32,000 nt of DNA from Pseudomonadota bacterium (GTDB lineage: Bacteria; Pseudomonadota; Gammaproteobacteria; Burkholderiales; Burkholderiaceae_D), in NCBI GenBank assembly GCA_046728335.1, contig JBKPEJ010000023.1:208151-240150 (forward strand), given 5' to 3'. The position numbers and the translations under genes are program-made. This document shows positions 26,313 through 32,000 of the stretch, piece by piece (the first letter of the stretch is position 1; each line of letters starts with the position of its first letter). The notes under the pieces are model-generated. The model was not told the DNA's origin, did not search any database, and saw nothing but the letters and a program-made list of their open reading frames with translations.

Positions 26313-26729
26313 GTGACACCGCAGAACAAAAATGAAGCGATTGAAGTACTGACCTCCCTGTGGAAGGGGCGGCCAGAGGAGGCGTTCGGCTGCGCGATCA
26401 TTGACTACCTCTCAGATCATCTCGACGCACGACATATTCCATTTTCTGAATTTTTTCGCATTGCGTTGGATGGCAAGCCAGCGGATCAAGAGGTCGTACT
26501 GAATATTGTGAATTATCTGAGCGGCGCTCAACTACACCTGCTTGCAAAGGGCTTCGAATACATTGAGGATGATTCCGTAACGGAGATCGATTCGCAACAA
26601 GCTCGCGCTGCCTATGATGCGAGTATCAACCCGTTAACTGGGCAGTTTGATGAGGCAGTAAAAAAGAAGATTTTTGTTTATTTCATGCCGTCCGAGGCGG
26701 CAAAGAATTTGTTGGGGATCGCAGGATGA
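26313..26729 (+). CDS. Hypothetical acidic protein, cargo cassette gene B
   Basis: 138 aa with a GTG start 5 nt after the gene A stop. No in-frame ATG is available. I recognise no domain. Confidence 0.5.
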   Translation: MTPQNKNEAIEVLTSLWKGRPEEAFGCAIIDYLSDHLDARHIPFSEFFRIALDGKPADQEVVLNIVNYLSGAQLHLLAKGFEYIEDDSVTEIDSQQARAAYDASINPLTGQFDEAVKKKIFVYFMPSEAAKNLLGIAG

Positions 26730-27442
26730 CGCGCCTCAATGGTAAAGATGTCTCGCTGGAAGAGCTCGGTGCTCTCGTCGCTAACAGTGAGTTCGCGTTT
26801 GACATGTTGCGGCACGAATTTGCGAATGACTACGACGAATTCGTGGAGACCTTGTACGACAATATCGATAAGGCCATTGGAAAACTCGAGCAAAATCCGC
26901 AGTTTTATGAAGATGCGGAGGAAGACAAGATCACGCACGAAATCGCCAACATGCTTTCAATGGCGGGCTACGACGCCCGCCAAGGGGAGACCAGCGGTGG
27001 GAACGTGGACCTCACTGTGAAAGGCTACAAGTCTGCTTGGTCTTGGGTTGGCGAAGCCAAAATCTATAAGACAATCGATAATTTGCGGGAAGGATTTCTG
27101 CAACTATCGACAAGGTACCGCAACGCCAGCCCAGTACATGCTAAGTCTGGGATCTTAGCCTACACAAAAAGGAAAGACGCAGCCGGGTGTTTGAAGGAAT
27201 GGCTAGAAGAAATTGGCAAAATGGGACTTGAGGATTTTTCGGTTACACCTTGCACCAGACGAGGCCCACTCGCTTTCTATACTACGCACAAGCACGAAGC
27301 GTCAGGGCTACCTGTCCAGGTCCGCCATTCGGCGATCTCGCTCTACCATTTGCCGAAGGACAGGAGCGGACTGACAGCGCAGAAATATCAAGATGCGCAT
27401 GCGGCCGAGGCCGCTGCCAAAGCAAAGGCTGCCGGGCCGTAG
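26726..27442 (+). CDS. Putative PD-(D/E)xK-fold nuclease, cargo cassette gene C
   Basis: 238 aa. The ATG overlaps the gene B stop (ATGA). The ordered motif helix-E (ITHEIANML) ... GGNVDLTV ... VGEAKIY fits the E / D / ExK arrangement of restriction-endonuclease-like nucleases. Confidence 0.55.
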   Translation: MTRLNGKDVSLEELGALVANSEFAFDMLRHEFANDYDEFVETLYDNIDKAIGKLEQNPQFYEDAEEDKITHEIANMLSMAGYDARQGETSGGNVDLTVKGYKSAWSWVGEAKIYKTIDNLREGFLQLSTRYRNASPVHAKSGILAYTKRKDAAGCLKEWLEEIGKMGLEDFSVTPCTRRGPLAFYTTHKHEASGLPVQVRHSAISLYHLPKDRSGLTAQKYQDAHAAEAAAKAKAAGP

Positions 27443-27512
27443 CGTGACGGCACCCAGGTGCATGTAGTCGCACGCTGGTGTTATTTGATTTGCCAACCAT
27501 ATCGGAGAAGTT

Positions 27513-28325
27513 TTGGACACCGCCACTTGTACTGAAGACGGGCATACCTACACGGCGGTGGAGTTCGCTGCGCTGGCCCCAGACACCTTGGAACGACGCC
27601 GTCGAGTACTGCGCTGTGCTGAATGTAATGGCCCAGCATTTTTCCGGAAACGTTCACGTAGCGGCCGGGGGGCATGTTTTGGAGCCAGGCCACATGCTGA
27701 GGGTTGCAATCAAGCGACAGCAGATAATGACTTGCTAATTCCTGGAGCCGGCGATGACCAAGATGAGCTTTATAACCCTGGTGATCGTATCGTTATAGAC
27801 CTTGGATATGGCGCGCAAGAACCGCAGGTCCATCTCGATCAGGATGCTAGGCAGCCGAGGAGGGCGCGGGGTGGCCGCTTCGTAGGGGACGGCAATAGGG
27901 GAAACGCAGAGATGCACCGTCGCTTAAGCACGATGCTGCGAACCCTCGTGGACGCACCAAATTTTCGATACTCTGATCAAATAATTGCCGTGGGGGATCA
28001 CCCGGAATTGCCCGCTCGCGATTTCTTCGTAAATTTTTCTGATGTCACTCCGCAGTATTCAGGTCAGTTTCGCGGGTATTGGGGGTTATTGTCCGATGCT
28101 CGTCGCGGCGCAGACAACACTCTTTGGCTGAACAGCGGAGGGCGCACAAGTATGAGTGTCTGCCTCCCTGAAGAATTTGTCGATGTCATCGCACAGCGGT
28201 ATCGGCTAACAGAAGATGAAGATTTTTCCGGGGCATATTTGCTGGTCCTGGCCACTCTGAGCGTGTCGCAGTATGGAAAAATCTTCTGTGTCGTTAACGA
28301 TCCCGCTGTGATGTCTCTTCGTTGA
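27513..28325 (+). CDS. Hypothetical protein with N-terminal Cys/His cluster (zinc-ribbon-like), cargo gene D
   Basis: 270 aa. The only possible start is the TTG at 27513, 5 nt after GGAGAAG. The N-terminus reads CAEC-x17-C-x5-H-x3-C. The rest is unrecognised. Confidence 0.5.
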   Translation: MDTATCTEDGHTYTAVEFAALAPDTLERRRRVLRCAECNGPAFFRKRSRSGRGACFGARPHAEGCNQATADNDLLIPGAGDDQDELYNPGDRIVIDLGYGAQEPQVHLDQDARQPRRARGGRFVGDGNRGNAEMHRRLSTMLRTLVDAPNFRYSDQIIAVGDHPELPARDFFVNFSDVTPQYSGQFRGYWGLLSDARRGADNTLWLNSGGRTSMSVCLPEEFVDVIAQRYRLTEDEDFSGAYLLVLATLSVSQYGKIFCVVNDPAVMSLR

Positions 28326-28357
28326 TTAGTCGCCGTAGTATTGGTTTCTGAACCGTT

Positions 28358-29338
28358 TTATTTGAGTTTCTTTGCCAAGTCTTCGGCGCGAAGATGTGTA
28401 TATCGCTTGAGCATATCGAGGGTCTTGTGGCCAGTGATGGCCGCAACCTCCATCACGTTCAGCCCTTTTTCAAATAGTCGACTTGTGGCCTCATGGCGAA
28501 GGTCATGAAACCTTACACCCACTATGTTGGCACGATGCGATTCGCACGCGCGCTCAAATGCTTGGCTCATTGATTCTGGCCTCAGCTCGAAGACGGCGCC
28601 TTCCTTCTTAATTCCAAACTCCTTGAGTGCCTTAATTGCGGCTTTCGAAAGTGGCACAGTGCGTGGTACGTCCGTCTTGGTCTTGGGAAGGTGCGCAGTC
28701 TGCTTCTTCAAATCTATTTCATCCCAGGTTAGGGATGCCAGTTCGTTTCTGCGCATGCCGGTTTCGACAGCAATCTTGATGATGGTGCGTAGCTCTGGTG
28801 ATTCCGTGGCATTGAGAATGTTCGCAATTTCTGTTTCAGGGACACGTCGGTCCCGTCCGCGAGGTTTGATCGGTTTCCGAACCTGGGCAGTTGGTAAGCC
28901 GCCTGGCAGAGCAATGCCCCAGTCCATCGAAGCTGTCTTTAGCACGCGGTTCAGCAGGTTGAGTTCATGAATGACAGATTGAGGTCCGACTACCTTCAAG
29001 CGGCGATCGCGAAACTGGGCCACCTGCGACGAAGTAAGGCTCGCCATGCGGTAATCACCGAAGGCGTCGGTCAACGTCTTGATCCGAGATTTGTCGGATT
29101 GTTCGCTGCGTTTCGTCGGCAGCACATCGCTTTCGAAACGACTCAGCACATCCTTGATGAAGGTGGCTTCGGCCTCGCTTCGTGACACGAACACCCCTCG
29201 CACCATTTCTGATTCAACGACCGTCGCCCAATCTTCCGCAGCAACAAGCGAAGTGAACGTCTTCGTCTGGGTGGGATATCCGCGTTTCCGGATTTGTACG
29301 TGGTATTGCTTGTCGCCTTTTTTTCGGATCGTTGGCAT
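28358..29338 (-). CDS. Tyrosine recombinase / phage integrase
   Basis: The N-terminus MPTIRKKGDKQYHVQIRKRGYP is typical of this integrase class. The C-terminal catalytic signature is HDLRHEATSRL ... ITGHKTLDMLKRYTHL (H-x-x-R ... H ... Y). It lies adjacent to attR. I prefer the ATG at 29338 to the TTG at 29353. Confidence 0.92.
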   Translation of the reverse strand: MPTIRKKGDKQYHVQIRKRGYPTQTKTFTSLVAAEDWATVVESEMVRGVFVSRSEAEATFIKDVLSRFESDVLPTKRSEQSDKSRIKTLTDAFGDYRMASLTSSQVAQFRDRRLKVVGPQSVIHELNLLNRVLKTASMDWGIALPGGLPTAQVRKPIKPRGRDRRVPETEIANILNATESPELRTIIKIAVETGMRRNELASLTWDEIDLKKQTAHLPKTKTDVPRTVPLSKAAIKALKEFGIKKEGAVFELRPESMSQAFERACESHRANIVGVRFHDLRHEATSRLFEKGLNVMEVAAITGHKTLDMLKRYTHLRAEDLAKKLK

Positions 29339-29371
29339 GCGAGTGTGCGGCAAATTGATAGAAAGCAGCAG

Positions 29372-29390
29372 TGTGCCAAAATTGTGCCAA
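29372..29390. promoter_or_regulatory. GTGCCAA direct repeats between int and attR (candidate arm-type sites / int promoter region)
   Basis: tgtgccaaaattgtgccaa. The first 17 nt are identical to 15836-15852 at the other prophage end. Confidence 0.5.
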
Positions 29391-29439
29391 TAAAGGTAAA
29401 TTATCTTTAGAACGCCTAGGCACTGTAGAGGCTATTTTG

Positions 29440-29487
29440 GGCCTCCGAAGCCAAGGGTCGTGGGTTCGATCCCCGCCAGCCGCACCA
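29440..29487 (+). repeat. attR core (duplicated 3' 48 nt of tRNA-Arg)
   Basis: The 48-nt match to 15705-15752 is exact. Similarity to the tRNA degenerates to the left (tagaggctattttg versus tagagtattg), so this is not a functional tRNA. Confidence 0.9.
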
Positions 29488-29682
29488 GTTTTTTCCTTTT
29501 AAATCAATAAAGTTAGCACTCCTGTACTTTCGGTGCTGGGTTACGTCTTGCCAACCTTCTGCCCGAATCGCGCTAACAGCCGCGCCGTCCCCGCTAAATC
29601 AACCGCTCTTCGGGTTCAGCCGAAACAGTGTTCGCAAGCGGTGAATTGGTCAATAGTCGCATCATTTCAGATTCCCCCCAGC

Positions 29683-29750
29683 GCGGCTGTAGCTGAGTGA
29701 ATAGAGTATTCGCCTACGAAGCCAAGGTTCGATTCCCGTCAGCCGCACAA
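29683..29750 (+). pseudogene. Decayed tRNA-Arg copy (8-nt deletion removing variable loop/T-stem, several substitutions)
   Basis: It aligns with 15677-15752, including the upstream leader (ttcagattccccccagc versus ttcagaaattccccccagc). Differences: c>g and g>a in the D-arm, g>c and c>a around the anticodon (loop ctACGaa), loss of gtcgtggg, and 3' end caa instead of cca. Confidence 0.75.
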
Positions 29751-29904
29751 TACCCCTGAAACAGTGCAAGCGGTGTGCCCCCGCTTGCGCTGGAAATTTT
29801 CTTGGGCGGGTCGCTCGTCGATGGCGACGTGTGGTGATCAAGCGAACAATCCTTGCAAAGCAGCATATAATTCGTGCAACGAAACGAGCCGCACTGAGGC
29901 CCTC

Positions 29905-31125
29905 ATGAATTTTGCTCGCTACTTCGAATTGTCACGCTCAAGCGAAGGGCAGAATGTCCGGCCGATGGAGGGATTACGGGGTTTTGCCGTCTTTCTCGTC
30001 TTTCTTGTCCACTACGTAACGCTCATCTCACCGGGGGTGAAGACAGAATCCGGTCTTGGTCATTTCCTCGGGCAGGTCCATTCCGTTGGGAATGCCGGAG
30101 TGGACCTGTTTTTCGTCTTGAGCGGTTACCTCATCTATGGCTCTTTGATTGGCCGTCCTCAAGGATTCCTGCAGTTCATGTGGCGCCGTATCGTACGTAT
30201 CTACCCCGCGTTTTGCGTGGTGTTCGTTATCTACCTCCTGCTTTCACTGTTACATCCGGCCGAAAGCAAGCTTCCCGGCGAAGCAACCAAAGCCGCTATT
30301 TATCTGGTTCAGAATCTCCTCCTCCTCCCCGGCCTATTCCCTATTCAGCCGCTGATCACGGTGGCGTGGTCCTTGAGTTATGAGATGTTTTATTACCTCG
30401 TAATCCCTGTGGTGATCAGAATGTTCGCGCTTGCCGGACGCAGCAACCAGTGGCGCATACGTTTCTTCATGGGCGCAGCCGCGGCGCTGGCATTGTATTG
30501 CATTGTCTTCGGCGGGCCCATCCGACTCGCTATGTTCATCGCCGGCGTGCTCGTGTACGAAGCGATACAAGCCAGGTCGATATCACCGCCCGCCAGCGGG
30601 CTTGCCTTGTTGGCGCTAGCGGCCGGCTTGGCCGCGACTTTACTGCCGTTGTCGGGGCAGAGCGCCCTCGTCGTGAAGATGGCGGCCCTATTCGGCGCAT
30701 TTTTCATCGTGTGCTTCGCCTGCTTTAGTGATCCGCGCGCCTGGCTGGCGCGCGCGTTCAGCTGGACGCCGATGCGCTGGCTGGGAAACATGAGTTACTC
30801 CTATTACCTTCTGCACGGGTTGGCGCTGAAAGTTGGCTTCATGTTTATTTTCGCTAGACTTGCCCACGTGGAACACCAAACCCTATTCGCGCTGGGGATG
30901 CTGGCGCCGATGTTCCTATTGAGTCTGCTGCCAGCCATTGGCCTATTTCTGTTTGTTGAGCGCCCGTTATCGCTGCTGAAGTCACGAGCGGAGACGCCAC
31001 TCGACCAAACCGGCGGCGTCGCCACCATGGCAGAGATGCGGCAACCAGTGACGGATGGCGAAGGCGATGTGGCGCCGGGACCGCCATTAGACAAGAATCT
31101 GGCGAGAATTTTGGGAAACAAATAG
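29905..31125 (+). CDS. Acyltransferase family 3 (OafA/YrhL-like) integral membrane O-acyltransferase
   Basis: RPMEGLRGFAVFLVFLVH ... GVDLFFVLSGYLI ... WSLSYEMFYY ... SYSYYLLH, with about ten hydrophobic helices. The ATG at 29905 is preceded by GAGG. The track GTG at 29764 would run through the hairpin that follows the pseudo-tRNA. Confidence 0.88.
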   Translation: MNFARYFELSRSSEGQNVRPMEGLRGFAVFLVFLVHYVTLISPGVKTESGLGHFLGQVHSVGNAGVDLFFVLSGYLIYGSLIGRPQGFLQFMWRRIVRIYPAFCVVFVIYLLLSLLHPAESKLPGEATKAAIYLVQNLLLLPGLFPIQPLITVAWSLSYEMFYYLVIPVVIRMFALAGRSNQWRIRFFMGAAAALALYCIVFGGPIRLAMFIAGVLVYEAIQARSISPPASGLALLALAAGLAATLLPLSGQSALVVKMAALFGAFFIVCFACFSDPRAWLARAFSWTPMRWLGNMSYSYYLLHGLALKVGFMFIFARLAHVEHQTLFALGMLAPMFLLSLLPAIGLFLFVERPLSLLKSRAETPLDQTGGVATMAEMRQPVTDGEGDVAPGPPLDKNLARILGNK

Positions 31126-31161
31126 CGGTAGGTCCTTCTCATTTTTGCAATTTTGCAGGCC

Positions 31162-31189
31162 GGAATGCCGCGGAAGTCGCGGCATTTCC
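31162..31189 (+). terminator. Hairpin downstream of the acyltransferase gene
   Basis: ggaatgccgcg-gaagt-cgcggcatttcc (11-12-bp stem with one bulge), 37 nt after the stop. No T-tract follows. Confidence 0.4.
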
Positions 31190-31216
31190 GAGCGCCCACC
31201 TGCTGTAAATGGACAT

Positions 31217-31241
31217 GAAAAAGCCCCGGCGATACGGGGCT
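31217..31241 (-). terminator. Rho-independent terminator for the minus-strand ORF ending at 31298
   Basis: On the minus strand: gccccg-tatcgc-cggggc followed by TTTTT. Confidence 0.6.
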
Positions 31242-31297
31242 CTGTCATGTGCTCTATTTTCATGTGCTCTATTTACTACCGCACCGGGTGGGGTCTT

Positions 31298-32000
31298 TTA
31301 GAGGGTAACAACCTGCGGTTTGACATCGTTCGCCGAGCAATACACGAACGCGCCAAGGGTACGCACATAGCGAAACTTGGAATGCACGCCGTTGGTACAT
31401 TTGCGCAACACGGTGTTGCCGGAAGGGTCGCCTGCCGACCAGTGCGCCACCGTGACCACGCTCCATGTCCATGGCGTGGTGGCCGGGTTGCTCGGTGGTG
31501 GGGTCAGCTTGACAATTTGCGGTGGCGACACAGATTCATCAAGGCCGACGATGCATCCCAGCTCAGACACCCATTGTAAGCCCATCATTACCGGGCGGTG
31601 ATAGTTTGGAGCGGGCGGCTGGGGAGACTCGTAGCCATATGTAGTCGACGGGACGGGGCCGGTGGCCGTGGTAGTCGTGTAAGCGCCAGTCGCCAGACTT
31701 CGGATCTTCAGAGTGCGGTATGCGGAACTAGCATACGGCCCAGCGTCATACCCGCCATCAATCGCCACCAGCAGGTCAAGGCTGTCGCACAACACCATTG
31801 CGCCGTCCTGCATGTTGCCATTGAGCGCAGGGTACTGGGTGATGGTGCCGTCCTTCGCACAAAACAGTAGGTAGTCTATGGTGCCGCCAATCGCATTCAG
31901 CCACCAGCCCTGGCGCACTCGGTCAATCGCAGTCGTTGGGTAGGTGCCGCCGCCGCCGCCGCCGACCCCGAACGAAATCTTTGTCGGCTGCACGTTCGCT
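31298..32000 (-). CDS. Hypothetical protein, N-terminus beyond the window edge
   Basis: The frame stays open to base 32000. It has a Gly run (GVGGGGGGTYP) and Thr/Pro-rich stretches. I recognise no domain. Confidence 0.5.
   Translation of the reverse strand, partial: ANVQPTKISFGVGGGGGGTYPTTAIDRVRQGWWLNAIGGTIDYLLFCAKDGTITQYPALNGNMQDGAMVLCDSLDLLVAIDGGYDAGPYASSAYRTLKIRSLATGAYTTTTATGPVPSTTYGYESPQPPAPNYHRPVMMGLQWVSELGCIVGLDESVSPPQIVKLTPPPSNPATTPWTWSVVTVAHWSAGDPSGNTVLRKCTNGVHSKFRYVRTLGAFVYCSANDVKPQVVTL

Larger units (their letters stand above)
15705..29487. mobile_element. Integrated filamentous (Inoviridae, Pf/Cf-like) prophage with cargo genes, inserted in the 3' half of tRNA-Arg
   Basis: Perfect 48-bp direct repeats bound the element, and a tyrosine integrase lies next to the right repeat. 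A complete inovirus module is present (repressor/Xis, Rep, ssDNA-binding protein, major coat, g3p-like, g6p-like, Zot/g1p, secretin). By eye the region is visibly more AT-rich than the flanks; I did not compute this. Confidence 0.88.

Noticed and set aside
31245-31274. A perfect tandem duplication of the 15-mer tcatgtgctctattt between the terminator and the stop of the last ORF.
   Set aside because: It is a real repeat, but it is only two units in a 3' UTR-like spacer. It is most simply a slippage duplication, and no function can be argued from sequence.
1-32000. A search by eye for CRISPR arrays, IS/transposase genes, rRNA, and Fic, MNT or methyltransferase partners for the cargo genes.
   Set aside because: I saw no regularly spaced direct repeats, no transposase-like ORFs or terminal inverted repeats, and no Fic (HxFxxGNGRxxR) or methylase motifs in any listed ORF.

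Overview
This 32-kb chromosomal window looks proteobacterial. The flanks are GC-rich and the gene content resembles Betaproteobacteria/Burkholderiales, but the taxon is inference only.

Layout:
1. 1-3803: two tandem M13 (neprilysin/PepO-like) zinc peptidase paralogs.
2. 4459-6222: a secreted beta-helix lipoprotein with a duplicated Cys-containing C-terminal module.
3. 6787-14286: a surface-glycan locus. A minus-strand operon (GT2, WecD-like GNAT, GtrA, WecE-like aminotransferase, RfbB, RfbA) lies divergent from a 628-aa polytopic membrane protein. Together they read as a dTDP-4-acetamido-4,6-dideoxyhexose (Fuc4NAc-type) pathway feeding a GtrB/GtrA/GT-C-style periplasmic glycosylation system.
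4. 14602-15483: a membrane-anchored dihaem cytochrome c5.
5. 15677-15752: tRNA-Arg(CCG), which carries a ~13.7-kb integrated filamentous (inovirus, Pf/Cf-like) prophage bounded by perfect 48-bp direct repeats (15705-15752 and 29440-29487). The prophage encodes a CI-like repressor, Xis, Rep, a putative ssDNA-binding protein, major coat, g3p-like and g6p-like proteins, Zot/g1p, its own secretin and a tyrosine integrase.
6. Prophage cargo of unknown function: a HEPN-motif protein at the tRNA-proximal end, an orphan VbhA-like antitoxin, and a translationally coupled three-gene cassette (25228-27442) whose third gene has a PD-(D/E)xK nuclease signature, followed by a Cys/His-cluster protein. This cassette is my best candidate for an undescribed defence or exclusion system.
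7. Downstream of the prophage: a decayed second tRNA-Arg copy, an acyltransferase-3 gene and a partial ORF at the window edge.

I saw no CRISPR array, rRNA or IS element. All homology statements come from reading motifs by eye; no searches were run.
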